Assembly: GCA_038128265.1 (NCBI GenBank)
Contig: JAYPJE010000028.1
Coordinates: 1-53,985 of the forward strand
From: Gemmatimonadota bacterium
GTDB taxonomy: Bacteria; Latescibacterota; UBA2968; UBA8231
Length of the DNA stretch: 53,985 nucleotides
Reading direction: 5' to 3'
Shown piece by piece: positions 27,465 to 37,487 of the stretch (position 1 is the stretch's first letter; the number at the start of each line of letters is the position of its first letter). The notes beneath the pieces were generated by a model that searched no databases, was not told the origin of the DNA, and saw nothing but the letters and a program-made list of their open reading frames with translations. The translations under genes and the position numbers were made by a program.

Positions 27465-28034
27465 CTAGGGCTGCTCTCCCACCAGAGCGACGGGGCGAAA
27501 TGAAGCGAAAAAGCGCTCGATATCCGCCCTGTTTTGCTCGACATCGATTTCGCCGCCGGCCATCAGACGGTACAGTCGCCCTTCCCGCCACAGACAAAGC
27601 ATCTGCAATTCGCTCTCATCAGCAGCGCGCACGTGAACGCGCTGTGCTGCCAGCGAAGCGGAAGTATCGGCGCGCTGCGACAGTACGGTACCCTGCACTT
27701 TTTCGGCCAGGGCCGTAGCGGCGGTCTTTAACGCACTGTCGGCAGTCACCGCACTCGGCACGTCGCCGTAGGCAACAGCATACTGTACGTCTCCCCGGGC
27801 AAACATGAGAAATTGAAACTCCACCTCACCAAAGGCCAGGCGCTCGCGCAGCACGCGTTGGTCCACGCTGCCTGTTACATCGACTACAAAACCACCCCTC
27901 TCATCGCGATGCGTGCTCCACTCGGGCTCACCGCTCATCCATCCGTTTAGTTGGTAGGCGACGATGGCACCAAGCACGGCGAAGAACAGCTTGACCGATG
28001 TTCCATCGCGCCGGTTTTCTTTACTATCCGCCAT
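27465..28034 (-). CDS. Hypothetical membrane-anchored protein
   Basis: Single N-terminal TM segment. Sits tightly packed between co-oriented genes. C-terminal RFFASF is reminiscent of PsbP/DcrB-like proteins. Confidence 0.65.
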   Translation of the reverse strand: MADSKENRRDGTSVKLFFAVLGAIVAYQLNGWMSGEPEWSTHRDERGGFVVDVTGSVDQRVLRERLAFGEVEFQFLMFARGDVQYAVAYGDVPSAVTADSALKTAATALAEKVQGTVLSQRADTSASLAAQRVHVRAADESELQMLCLWREGRLYRLMAGGEIDVEQNRADIERFFASFRPVALVGEQP

Positions 28035-28055
28035 GTGCTCTGCCCATTTCCATAG

Positions 28056-28874
28056 CTATCCGGTCAGACCCAGCTTTTCTTCGGCGCTATCCTGCGGTAT
28101 ATAGCCCAAGATTTCGCGCGTATGCTCAATATCAACCCAGCGCCAGCGGTTGTTGGATACACCGTAACACACGTCGAATCGCAGCGCTTCTGGCGCGTCG
28201 ATCGCCCGCTGTACTAGCTGCACGATATCGCGTTGACTGCACCAGACGGCTCCTCCGCGCTCGCTGTGTGGATGGTCCTCGGCATTGACCCAACCAATCC
28301 GCAGACACAGCACCGACATATTATGCACATCCGCATAGTAGCGTGCAAGCGCCTCGCTCCACACCTTGCTAGCCGGATACAGTCCCGTGGGGCGACACGG
28401 CCATTCGTGCGTTACGACAGATGGCGACCCGGGGGGCACATCGTCAAATCGACCCTCGGCAATTGCCTTGTACGGCTCGTCCTGCTGGTAGCCCCAAGAT
28501 ACCATGATCGAGCTGGCCAACACCACGCGGCGGACCCCGCAGCGGTGAGCGGCTTCAAAAACGTTGCGCACACCGACGATATTGCTCGCCAGCACGCTTT
28601 CCCAGCTGGCATCCGGGCGCGGATCGGCGGCCATCTGCACGACGGTATCCACGCCTTCCATCGCGCGTTCTAAGGCGGTGAGATCGGTGAGATCGGCGAG
28701 GAAAAATCGTTCGTCGGGTATTTCACTTACGCCTTCTGGGGCGCGTTCGGAAGGATGGCGACGGCGCGCCAAACCATACACGTCGTAGGCATCGCCCTGC
28801 TGCTGTAGGTGGCGAAAAACAGCACCGGCAATCAGCCCATAAACCCCTGTAACCACAACTTTTTTGGCGCTCAT
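28056..28874 (-). CDS. NAD-dependent epimerase/dehydratase family SDR (uronate-dehydrogenase-like)
   Basis: VVVTG..GLIA, ASS, Y..SK (YPASK) and CLRIG motifs. Confidence 0.85.
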   Translation of the reverse strand: MSAKKVVVTGVYGLIAGAVFRHLQQQGDAYDVYGLARRRHPSERAPEGVSEIPDERFFLADLTDLTALERAMEGVDTVVQMAADPRPDASWESVLASNIVGVRNVFEAAHRCGVRRVVLASSIMVSWGYQQDEPYKAIAEGRFDDVPPGSPSVVTHEWPCRPTGLYPASKVWSEALARYYADVHNMSVLCLRIGWVNAEDHPHSERGGAVWCSQRDIVQLVQRAIDAPEALRFDVCYGVSNNRWRWVDIEHTREILGYIPQDSAEEKLGLTG

Positions 28875-29425
28875 GTGGGCTCCTTTATCCGCTTCTCTAA
28901 GACGGCTATGTGATCGAGTGCGCGGTACGACTGGTTGAAGTCAAGTCCAAAACCAACGACGAATAGGTCGTCAACTTCAAAACCGCAGTAGTCTACCGGC
29001 ACGTCAAAACGCCGGCTGTTTCGCTTGTCGAGAAGGGCGCAAACCGATAGCGAAGCCGGTTTGCGCACTGAAAAGTGATCCAGCAGATAGCGCAGCGTCC
29101 GCCCGGTATCGACAATTCCTTCCACTAGGATTACATCGCGCCCTTCTAAACTGAGCTGTACATCTTTGACGAGACGAACCTGTCCACTGCTGTGCATGCC
29201 ATCGTAGCTGCTCACATCGACAAAGTCGTAGTCTATGGCGGACTGGCTCGAGGCGGGCCAATGGCGCACTAATGCCATTAGAAACTGGGCCGCTGCGTTG
29301 AGCACTCCGACCAAAAGGGGCTGTGAATCGACGTAATCAGCCGCCAGTTCACGCGCCAACTCAGCAGTGCGCGCCTCAATGGCATCGCAGCTTATCAGTG
29401 TCTTAGTCTGCCAATCGGTGTTCAT
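28871..29425 (-). CDS. hpt: Hypoxanthine phosphoribosyltransferase (divergent motifs)
   Basis: VSSY loop, VEGIVDTGRTL, LLDK and FVVGFGLD motifs. Confidence 0.82.
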   Translation of the reverse strand: MNTDWQTKTLISCDAIEARTAELARELAADYVDSQPLLVGVLNAAAQFLMALVRHWPASSQSAIDYDFVDVSSYDGMHSSGQVRLVKDVQLSLEGRDVILVEGIVDTGRTLRYLLDHFSVRKPASLSVCALLDKRNSRRFDVPVDYCGFEVDDLFVVGFGLDFNQSYRALDHIAVLEKRIKEPT

Positions 29426-29457
29426 GTTGCTTAGTATAATACGGCGCCCAAAGTATT

Positions 29458-29796
29458 TCAGCCAGCGGCTACGAGCGCATCAAAAGTACGCAGCAAAATG
29501 GCCCGATCTTCCGCCATATCGGGTGGCATGTGTCGTTCAATGACAAAGACGCCCGCCGCCGATTCTTCTAGGTAGTTGCACATCGCACGGATGTGGAATT
29601 CGCTGCGCTGCGAACGCAAACCGCTCGTCGACAGGCGCTGGCGAATATCTGCGTGCACGTAGTATTCCAATAGGATGGGGAAGCGCTGAAGAAGCTCTTC
29701 GCTGACAAAGCGAATGCGCACGGCTTCAAAGAATGCCAGTGCCGGGACGCTCTCGGCATCCCACTCGTTCTTCTTGATTTTCCAATGGGGATCCAT
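29458..29796 (-). CDS. Hypothetical protein
   Basis: GAGGT RBS. Co-oriented immediately upstream of hpt. No recognised motif. Confidence 0.6.
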   Translation of the reverse strand: MDPHWKIKKNEWDAESVPALAFFEAVRIRFVSEELLQRFPILLEYYVHADIRQRLSTSGLRSQRSEFHIRAMCNYLEESAAGVFVIERHMPPDMAEDRAILLRTFDALVAAG

Positions 29797-29972
29797 ACGA
29801 CCTCACGGGCTATGCTTACAATATAAGACATACCGCCGGAGCGTGTCGTATAGACCGAGATACACGGACAGGTTTATTCGAGGCCACCCACACCATCAGC
29901 TACAGAATGGGCGGAGCAACGCGCGGGACCCAACGCAGGCACATGCTGCGCGTGTGTTGCGGTGTATATCCG

Positions 29973-30347
29973 CTATATCAACTCGTAGTCTTGCCCGAAG
30001 ACGATGCGCACACCGTTGCAGTCCAACAGGCTACATTCGCGGATGCCGTAGGGCTGGTCGGTAGGTTCCATTTCGACGTCGATGCCGCGCGACCGAATCT
30101 CGGCATGGTAGGAATCGACGTCGCGCACCCACATAAATAGGTGAACGCTGCCGGTGGACTGCGTGCCGTGCGTAAAGTGAACGGCGGCATTTTCGCGCCA
30201 CACGACGGCGTAGTGCTCGTCGCCAAAGTCAAAGGTAAACCCCAGTGCATCGCGATAGAACGCCGCTGTCTCTAGCACGTTGGCAACGTGTAGCACGGGC
30301 GCGCCCTGCACGAACTGGCGTGGATCGCTGTGGGGAATACCGGGCAT
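29973..30347 (-). CDS. VOC/glyoxalase/bleomycin-resistance family protein
   Basis: PVLHV...AFYRDALGF and PTDQPYGIRE...DCNG..IVFG motifs. AGGAG RBS. Confidence 0.88.
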   Translation of the reverse strand: MPGIPHSDPRQFVQGAPVLHVANVLETAAFYRDALGFTFDFGDEHYAVVWRENAAVHFTHGTQSTGSVHLFMWVRDVDSYHAEIRSRGIDVEMEPTDQPYGIRECSLLDCNGVRIVFGQDYELI

Positions 30348-30371
30348 GATCGTTTCTCCTTTTGCTGGCCC

Positions 30372-30716
30372 CTATGCAGCCCGCCGGCACTGTGCCGTGC
30401 GATGCGGATCGGGATGGCATACAGAGCATACGACCTGACCGCCGTTGTCGCGAAAAGCGGTCGATCCACAGCAGTCGCACTGATCGATTTGCTCAACCAA
30501 GTCCGCCGCCGATAGGGTGTGATATGTAGGAAGGGTGCGCGCCTTTTGTGTTAGAGACGCGCAGAGCACCTCTAACGATGACAGCGTCATTTGACCAGTT
30601 AAAAAGGCGCTATCTAAAACGCTACACACGTCTTCCAAATCGTGCCAGGTTTGTGCTGCGTCTATGCGGGTTTGATACGACCCAAGTGAATTGCTCTCTA
30701 CGGCATACATATGCAC
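30372..30716 (-). CDS. Small hypothetical protein with C-terminal Zn finger, directly downstream of recA
   Basis: CDCCGS...VCSVCHP. Start 30716 (GTG) or 30710 (ATG). Fills the gap between recA and the VOC gene. Confidence 0.6.
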   Translation of the reverse strand: MHMYAVESNSLGSYQTRIDAAQTWHDLEDVCSVLDSAFLTGQMTLSSLEVLCASLTQKARTLPTYHTLSAADLVEQIDQCDCCGSTAFRDNGGQVVCSVCHPDPHRTAQCRRAA

Positions 30717-30845
30717 CTGCTTTCAACCCCTGTATATATGCGACATCGGTCGCAGGGGCGGGGAGGGGCGGACCCGGGGCGGCGCAGCAGAAAGAGGTGT
30801 GGGGTGCTCAATCGCCGACCGTCGGCCCGGGTCCACGGTGAATAA

Positions 30846-31946
30846 TTATGCTTCTATCGGCTCTGGGCTTTCGCTGTCCTCGCACTCTTGATCTTCTAAC
30901 GCATCGGTTTTCATGCTGAGCGCCTGCCGCACCTGTATCTCTATCCGCTGCGAAACTTCGCTGTTGTCGCGCAGGAATATACGGGCGTTTTCCCGGCCTT
31001 GCCCCAGGCGCGTATCCCCGTAGGAAAACCAGGTGCCGCTTTTGTCGATAATGCCGCTATTGACGCCGAGATCGAGTAGATCGCCCTCTCGGGAGATGCC
31101 AACGTCGTTACCGCGGAACATGATGTCGAACTCGGCTTCTCTAAAGGGCGGCGCGACCTTGTTCTTAACTACTTTAATGCGCGTGCGCCGACCAATAACT
31201 TCGTCGCCGTCTTTGATGGCGCCAATACCGCGGATGTCGAGCCGCACGGACGAGTAGAAACACAGCGCCCGCCCGCCCGTAGTGGTTTCCGGACTGCCGA
31301 ACATAACGCCAATTTTCATGCGCAGCTGGTTTATAAAGAGCACGGTCGTGCCCGACTTTTGCGCAGAGCCCGTGAGTTTGCGCAGCGCCTGCGACATGAG
31401 ACGCGCGTGCAGCCCCACGTGTGAATCGCCCATGTCTCCTTCCAACTCGGCCTTGGGAACGAGCGCTGCCACGGAGTCGACGACGATGATATCGGTGGCA
31501 CCGCTGCGCACCAGCGTATCCGTTATCTCGAGGGCCTCTTCGCCGGAATCGGGCTGTGATACCAGCAGGTTGTCCACGTCGACACCGAGTTTGCGCGCAA
31601 ACCCCACGTCGAGGGCGTGCTCGGCGTCGATAAAGGCCGCCACACCGCCCATGCGCTGCGCTTCGGATACAATGTGGAGTGCCAACATGGTTTTGCCAGC
31701 CGACTCGGGACCGAAGAGCTCAATAACGCGGCCGCGTGGAATGCCGCCAACGCCCAGCGCAGCGTCCAGGGAAATAGCCCCGGTGGGAATAACGTCGACG
31801 TCCATGGATGCCGACTCGCCAAGACGCATAATCGAACCCTTGCCAAACTGGCGCTCGATCTGATCCAAAGCGAGTTTAATCGCCTTGTCCCGATCGCCAC
31901 CTTCGCTCTTGCCGACGCTGCTCAGTTTGTTTTTGCCCGCCACCAT
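30846..31946 (-). CDS. recA: Recombinase A
   Basis: [37 protein letters not shown] and [11 protein letters not shown] motifs. Confidence 0.98.
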   Translation of the reverse strand: MVAGKNKLSSVGKSEGGDRDKAIKLALDQIERQFGKGSIMRLGESASMDVDVIPTGAISLDAALGVGGIPRGRVIELFGPESAGKTMLALHIVSEAQRMGGVAAFIDAEHALDVGFARKLGVDVDNLLVSQPDSGEEALEITDTLVRSGATDIIVVDSVAALVPKAELEGDMGDSHVGLHARLMSQALRKLTGSAQKSGTTVLFINQLRMKIGVMFGSPETTTGGRALCFYSSVRLDIRGIGAIKDGDEVIGRRTRIKVVKNKVAPPFREAEFDIMFRGNDVGISREGDLLDLGVNSGIIDKSGTWFSYGDTRLGQGRENARIFLRDNSEVSQRIEIQVRQALSMKTDALEDQECEDSESPEPIEA

Positions 31947-32017
31947 GATCGTTCTCCTATAGAGAGGGAGTGAATTGGAGAAAGCTCGCTTAGCTGCACA
32001 TCTGATAACTGAACATA

Positions 32018-32046
32018 AAAATAGTATATCTTTGTGCAGGAATCAA
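32018..32046 (-). promoter_or_regulatory. Probable recA promoter with overlapping CTG(C/A)ACA repeats
   Basis: TTGATT-17 nt-TATTTT on the minus strand; the same hexamer pair precedes tRNA-Pro. AT-rich upstream tract. Confidence 0.5.
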
Positions 32047-32237
32047 GTTCTTTTTTAATTAAATTTGATTAAGCTGCTCAGATGGATATACAAAGGGCGT
32101 GCCAGTTTGGCAAAAATTACCATAAGTTTTTTATTAACAGTTATTAATGGAATTTATTACGGAACGCTGACACACGCGGAGCAAAACGATCGTGTGGCAG
32201 ATCCTACGCATCCTGTGCAGAAAAGACACGGAGCACG

Positions 32238-33608
32238 CTAGGTGCCAAGCGCCAACTCTTCCGCCGCTTCCAACCCGCCGACACCGATCACTTCCATACC
32301 CTCTGGGCGCTTCCAGCCCTTTAGGTTGCTGCGCGCCACCAAGCAGCGCGCAAAACCCAGGCTGCGCGCTTCGGCAACCCTGCGCTCAATCTGGTTGACC
32401 GGACGAATTTCACCCCCCAAGCCGATTTCCCCCAGCGCGACCGTCTTGGCCTCAATCGGCACGTTGCGAAAACTGGAGACAATAGCCAGCCCCACGGCCA
32501 TATCCACCGCCGGCTCGTCAAGGCGCAGACCGCCGACGACGTTAACGAAAATATCTTCACCCGACAGATCGTGCCCGCAGCGCTTTTCCAATACGGCAAT
32601 AATAATCGACAGGCGCTTGGTATCGATTCCGGTAGCCACGCGCTGCGGGTAACCAAAGCTGGAGCGGCTTACCAGCGCCTGAATTTCGACCATCAGCGGA
32701 CGGGTTCCCTCCACACTGCACACAATGGAAGAGCCCGAAACGCCTTCGGCGCGTTCAGCCAGCAGAATTTCCGACGGGTTGGCCACCTCGCTCAGGCCGC
32801 GATCGCGCATTTCGAAGATGCCTATTTCGTTGGTCGAACCAAAGCGATTCTTAGCCGCGCGCAAAATGCGGAAGTGGTGGTGGCGCTCGCCTTCCAAATA
32901 GAGCACCGTGTCGACTAGATGCTCCAGCACGCGCGGACCCGCTACCGTGCCTTCCTTGGTCACGTGCCCAACGAGGAAGACCGGAACACCCGTCTCCTTG
33001 GCCAGATACACCAGGCGCGCAGCGCACTCGCGCACCTGGGTAACGCTGCCGGGAGCACTCTCCAACTCGGGCATGTAGATGGTCTGAATTGAATCGATGA
33101 CGATGGCCATCGGATTGGCGCGCTTGAGCTGCTCCAGTATCGACGAGAGATTGGTTTCCGCTAGCACTTTGAGCTCGTCGCAGAGGGCACCTAAGCGGTC
33201 GGCGCGCTGGCGGATCTGCGCCGCCGACTCCTCCGCAGAGATATAGGCAATGTCGAGACCCGCAGACGATAATTGCCCGGCCATCTGCAGCAGCAGCGTC
33301 GATTTGCCAATGCCCGGATCACCGCCAACTAGTACGACGGAGCCCGGCATAATACCGCCTCCCAGCACGCGGTCAAACTCAGAAATATCCACCCGCAAGC
33401 GCTCGTGATCTTGGCTCTGCACCTCTGTTATAGGCTGCAGTTCAGCGCGCGCGGCAGCCGCTACGTGTTCGCGTCGACGGTCCTCTTGGACCGGCATCTC
33501 TTCGACGCAGCTATTCCACTCGCCGCAGCCCGCACAGCGCCCAAACCAGCGCACTGCGCTGTGGCCGCAGGACTGACAGACGTAGGTCGAGCGTTTTTTC
33601 TTAGCCAT
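32238..33608 (-). CDS. radA: DNA repair protein RadA/Sms
   Basis: CxxC...CxxC Zn finger, GDPGIGKS, KNRFG and Lon-like C-terminal domain. Start at MAKKKR overlaps the prmC stop. Confidence 0.97.
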   Translation of the reverse strand: MAKKKRSTYVCQSCGHSAVRWFGRCAGCGEWNSCVEEMPVQEDRRREHVAAAARAELQPITEVQSQDHERLRVDISEFDRVLGGGIMPGSVVLVGGDPGIGKSTLLLQMAGQLSSAGLDIAYISAEESAAQIRQRADRLGALCDELKVLAETNLSSILEQLKRANPMAIVIDSIQTIYMPELESAPGSVTQVRECAARLVYLAKETGVPVFLVGHVTKEGTVAGPRVLEHLVDTVLYLEGERHHHFRILRAAKNRFGSTNEIGIFEMRDRGLSEVANPSEILLAERAEGVSGSSIVCSVEGTRPLMVEIQALVSRSSFGYPQRVATGIDTKRLSIIIAVLEKRCGHDLSGEDIFVNVVGGLRLDEPAVDMAVGLAIVSSFRNVPIEAKTVALGEIGLGGEIRPVNQIERRVAEARSLGFARCLVARSNLKGWKRPEGMEVIGVGGLEAAEELALGT

Positions 33609-34488
33609 GAGCGATCTCCACACGCCGTTGCGCAGCGATTACGCGGGGAATATCGTTGAGATCAGCGATCACATCAACCGCCTCATACTGAGCCGTCCCG
33701 TCGAGCATGGAAACGACATCATCGGCCTGCCCGTGCCCGATCTCCATAATGATGTGGGCGGCCGGCGCGAGAAAACGCCCCGCATCGCTGCAAATTCGCC
33801 GATAGAAATCCAACCCGTCGCCGCCGCCGTCCAGCGCCAGGTGCGGTTCGTGTTGACGCACTTCCGGCTCTAGCGTGGCAATATCGCCGTGGCGCACGTA
33901 GGGCGGATTGCAGGCAATCAGATCAAACAGGCGGTCACCCAGAGGAGCAAATAGATCGCCGCACAGCCATTCGATCCGTTGGCTAACGCCGCTGCGCTCG
34001 GCGTTTTGCCTGGCAATCTGCAGCGCCTCCTGCGAGATATCAGATGCTGCGACGAGAGCCCGTTCGTTCTCAAACGCCAGCGATAGGGCTATAGCCCCCG
34101 AACCGCAGCACAGGTCCAAGCAGCGCGGTGCGGAACGGTCGGCCAGGCGCTCCAATGCGACATCGACCAGCACTTCTGTTTCGGGACGAGGAATAAGCAC
34201 GGCAGGGGTTACAGATAGTTCGAGATGGCGAAAAGCGGCCGTGCCTACGATATACTGAACGGGCACGCGGCGCAGGCGCTGACGCACGCAATCTCGATAG
34301 CGATCGACCTCGCCCGCATCTAGGGGACGATCAAACTGCAGGTAGAGGTCGAGGCGCTTTAAATCGAGGACGGCAGCTAACAATAACTCGGCTTGTAACC
34401 GCGCATCGGGGATGTGCCTATCTGCAAAGAAACGACTCGTCTCTTCGAGTATGTCCAGCAGTTTCCAGCTGCGCGGTGCCGACGACAT
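33601..34488 (-). CDS. prmC: Release factor glutamine methyltransferase
   Basis: LIPRPETE, DLCCGSG, NPPY and ALDGGGDGLDFY motifs. Follows prfA. Confidence 0.96.
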   Translation of the reverse strand: MSSAPRSWKLLDILEETSRFFADRHIPDARLQAELLLAAVLDLKRLDLYLQFDRPLDAGEVDRYRDCVRQRLRRVPVQYIVGTAAFRHLELSVTPAVLIPRPETEVLVDVALERLADRSAPRCLDLCCGSGAIALSLAFENERALVAASDISQEALQIARQNAERSGVSQRIEWLCGDLFAPLGDRLFDLIACNPPYVRHGDIATLEPEVRQHEPHLALDGGGDGLDFYRRICSDAGRFLAPAAHIIMEIGHGQADDVVSMLDGTAQYEAVDVIADLNDIPRVIAAQRRVEIAHG

Positions 34489-34494
34489 CGCTCG

Positions 34495-35565
34495 CTACGA
34501 ATCGGCTGCCTGCAGGCGCTGTTCCTGGGCCGCCAGTGCCAGCTGCTGCACAAATTCGTCGAGATCGCCGTCGAGCACTTCTTCCAGCCGATACAGGGTC
34601 AGCGTAATGCGATGGTCGGTGACGCGTCCCTGGGGAAAGTTATAGGTGCGAATCTTTGCGCTGCGATCGCCGGAGCCAATTTGCCCGGCACGCGCCGCAT
34701 CGCGCTGCGCCTTTTGCTCCGACATCACTTTGTCATAGAGGCGCGCGCGCAGAATCTTCATGGCCTTGTTTTTGTTCTTCAGCTGTGACTTTTCGTCCTG
34801 GCACGCGACGACGATCCCGGTCGGCACATGCGTGATGCGCACCGCCGAATCCGTCGTGTTAACGCTCTGGCCGCCCGGACCACTAGACCGGTACACCTCT
34901 ATTTTCAAATCGTCTTCGTCAATCTCTACTTCGACGTCTTCCGCCTCGGGCAGAACGGCCACCGAAGCAGCCGATGTGTGAATGCGACCCGCCGTTTCCG
35001 TCTTTGGCACGCGCTGCACGCGGTGCACGCCGCTCTCGAATTTGAGCCGACCAAACGCATCCTTGCCCACGACGGAAAATACGACTTCCTTGAATCCGCC
35101 CGAAGGGTTCAGACTGGACGACAGAGTCTCCGTCTTAAAGGCATTGCGCTCGGCAAAGCGCTGATACATGCGGTAAATATCGCTGGCAAAAAGGCCGGCC
35201 TCATCTCCGCCTGCGCCAGCGCGAATTTCGACGATGGCATCGCGGCTGTCGTTGGGATCCTTGGGAATGAGCAGCACCTTTAGCTGCCCTTCCATCTCCT
35301 CGATTTCTTCCTCTAGTTCATCGCGCTCGGCCCTGGCCAATTCGACGAATTCCTCGTCTTCGTTGGCCTCAATGATCTCATCGGCCTCTGCGCGACGCGC
35401 CAGCGCCTGCCGATAGCGAACGGAGACTTCGACTACGTCGCGCATATCGCCCACTTCGCGTGCCAGCTTCTGGAATAGGGCGGGATTTTGGCCCGTTTCC
35501 GGTGCGGAAAGCTGTGCGTTGAGTTCCTCGTAGCGCCGTTCCAACTCCAGCAATTTTTCCAACAT
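34495..35565 (-). CDS. prfA: Peptide chain release factor 1
   Basis: [12 protein letters not shown] (PxT), GGQ and IRTYNFPQ motifs. Confidence 0.98.
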   Translation of the reverse strand: MLEKLLELERRYEELNAQLSAPETGQNPALFQKLAREVGDMRDVVEVSVRYRQALARRAEADEIIEANEDEEFVELARAERDELEEEIEEMEGQLKVLLIPKDPNDSRDAIVEIRAGAGGDEAGLFASDIYRMYQRFAERNAFKTETLSSSLNPSGGFKEVVFSVVGKDAFGRLKFESGVHRVQRVPKTETAGRIHTSAASVAVLPEAEDVEVEIDEDDLKIEVYRSSGPGGQSVNTTDSAVRITHVPTGIVVACQDEKSQLKNKNKAMKILRARLYDKVMSEQKAQRDAARAGQIGSGDRSAKIRTYNFPQGRVTDHRITLTLYRLEEVLDGDLDEFVQQLALAAQEQRLQAADS

Positions 35566-35738
35566 ATAACAACCCCTCGCAGTGAGAGTACGCTAGCAGT
35601 CCATCAAAGCGGGCCATATGCCCGCGCGCTGCAGCGTGCATCGGCCCAGCACCCAACCCATTTCACAACATGCGTGATTGAACTTGGTCGACGAAACCTT
35701 TGTCAGTGGCTCTCTATTCACGCCGCGTTCCGTACACG

Positions 35739-35787
35739 AAAAAGGTGATAAGGCACTGTCCCGGAGGAACACACCTTATCACCTTTC
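35739..35787 (-). terminator. Intrinsic terminator after rpmE
   Basis: AAAGGTGATAAGG...CCTTATCACCTTT inverted repeat, extended by G:U pairs, followed by a U run on the minus strand. Confidence 0.8.
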
Positions 35788-35803
35788 GATGCAATAAAGC
35801 TCG

Positions 35804-36103
35804 CTAAGCCTGTGCTGCACCCTCGGCTTCGACGGGAGCTTCTTCAGCCTCTTCGGCCTTCTTACCATAGCGTCGCTGGAACTGCTCGATGCGTCCGCCG
35901 CGGTCGAGCACCTGCTGGCGCTTGCCCGTGTAAAACGGGTGCGATGCCGAGCTAACTTCCACGCGGATCACCGGATAGCTATTGCCGTCTTCCCATTCCA
36001 TCGTCTCTTGCGAACTGAGCGTCGAGCGCGACAGGATCTTAAAATCGCAGCTCGAATCCAAAAAAATTACAGGATGGTAATCGGGATGGATATCTGCTTT
36101 CAC
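35804..36103 (-). CDS. rpmE: 50S ribosomal protein L31, type B (zinc-independent form)
   Basis: [23 protein letters not shown] and [11 protein letters not shown] motifs. No CxC/CxxC pairs. Confidence 0.95.
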   Translation of the reverse strand: MKADIHPDYHPVIFLDSSCDFKILSRSTLSSQETMEWEDGNSYPVIRVEVSSASHPFYTGKRQQVLDRGGRIEQFQRRYGKKAEEAEEAPVEAEGAAQA

Positions 36104-36212
36104 TTTCTTTCCTCCGAACGTTCTAACGCGAAAGATTCAATCTTTCCACAAGCAGTAATAAAATAGGCCGCGCATTCAAAAATGCAAGATCTACCTGCCA
36201 GAACTTACATCG

Positions 36213-37487
36213 CTAGTCGTTCATTGCCTTGAGAAATTCCTCGTTGGACGAGGTGCCCTCCATGCGCTCCATCAAAAACTCCATGCCCTCGACCACTCCC
36301 ATCTGGTTGAGGATGCGGCGCAAAATCCACGAGCGACTCAGCTCAAACTCAGACAGCAGCAGCTCTTCTTTGCGCGTGCTGGTCTGCGTCACGTCAATCG
36401 CGGGATAGATGCGACGACCGCTCAGGCGCCGGTCGAGCTGGACCTGCATATTGCCAGTGCCCTTAAACTCTTCAAAAATCACTTCGTCCATGCGGCTGCC
36501 GGTCTCGACCAACGCCGTCGCAATAATACTCAGACTGCCGCCCTCCTCGACGTTGCGCGCCGCGGCGAAAAAGCGCCGCGGCCACTGCAGCGCCGTTGAA
36601 TCGACGCCGCCGGTCAAGATGCGTCCCGAGTGCGGCGTCACGGTGTTGTAGGCGCGCGCCAGGCGCGTAATGCTATCGAGCAAGATCACCACATCGCGCT
36701 TGTGCTCGATCAGGCGACGCGCTTTCTCGATAACCATTTCGGCAACCTGCACGTGACGCGTGGCCGGCTCGTCAAAGGTCGAGCTAATAACTTCGCCGTT
36801 GACCGAACGCAGCATATCCGTGACTTCTTCCGGGCGCTCATCAATCAGCAAAACGATGAGCACGACTTCTGGATGGTTGGTCGTAATGGCGTTGGCCAAC
36901 TTCTGCAAGAGCATGGTCTTACCGGTAAACGGAGGGGCGACGATCAGCCCGCGCTGCCCCTTGCCAATCGGCGAAAGCAAATCGAGAATGCGGGTCGTCA
37001 TGTCCTTCGGGTTGTGCTCGAGCTTAAAGCGCTCAGCCGGGTGCAGCGCCGTCAGGTTTTCGAAAATCGTCTTGTTTTTGGTGACTTCGGGATCCTCGAA
37101 ATTGATCGCTTCCACGCGCAGCAGTGCAAAGTACTTTTCGTCGTTTTTAGGTGGGCGAATTTGCCCGGAGATCGTGTCACCCGTGCGCAGGCTGAAGCGC
37201 TTGATCTGCGAATGGGAGACGTATATATCGTCTGGTCCGGGAAGGTAGTTGTAGCTCGGCGAACGCAGAAAGCCAAAACCCTCTTCCAGCACTTCCAACA
37301 CGCCCTGGGCAAAGATCAGCCCGCTGCGCTCGGTCTGGTGTTTGAGTATGGCAAAGATCAGCTCTTGCTTGCGCAAGGCCGTAAAGTCGGCGACCTCCAA
37401 ATTCCTGGCCAATTCCTGCAGGTCCAGGATATTCATGCGCTGGAGTTCGACGATATTCATCTTCTGGTTTTTGTTGGCAGGCGGCAT
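36213..37487 (-). CDS. rho: Transcription termination factor Rho
   Basis: [30 protein letters not shown] and FEEFKGTGN motifs. Confidence 0.97.
   Translation of the reverse strand: MPPANKNQKMNIVELQRMNILDLQELARNLEVADFTALRKQELIFAILKHQTERSGLIFAQGVLEVLEEGFGFLRSPSYNYLPGPDDIYVSHSQIKRFSLRTGDTISGQIRPPKNDEKYFALLRVEAINFEDPEVTKNKTIFENLTALHPAERFKLEHNPKDMTTRILDLLSPIGKGQRGLIVAPPFTGKTMLLQKLANAITTNHPEVVLIVLLIDERPEEVTDMLRSVNGEVISSTFDEPATRHVQVAEMVIEKARRLIEHKRDVVILLDSITRLARAYNTVTPHSGRILTGGVDSTALQWPRRFFAAARNVEEGGSLSIIATALVETGSRMDEVIFEEFKGTGNMQVQLDRRLSGRRIYPAIDVTQTSTRKEELLLSEFELSRSWILRRILNQMGVVEGMEFLMERMEGTSSNEEFLKAMND

Noticed and set aside
30730..30746. E. coli-type SOS box (CTGTATATAT...) upstream of the Zn-finger gene
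   Set aside because: The right half is GCGACAT rather than ACAG at the required CTGT-N8-ACAG spacing, and the organism does not look proteobacterial.
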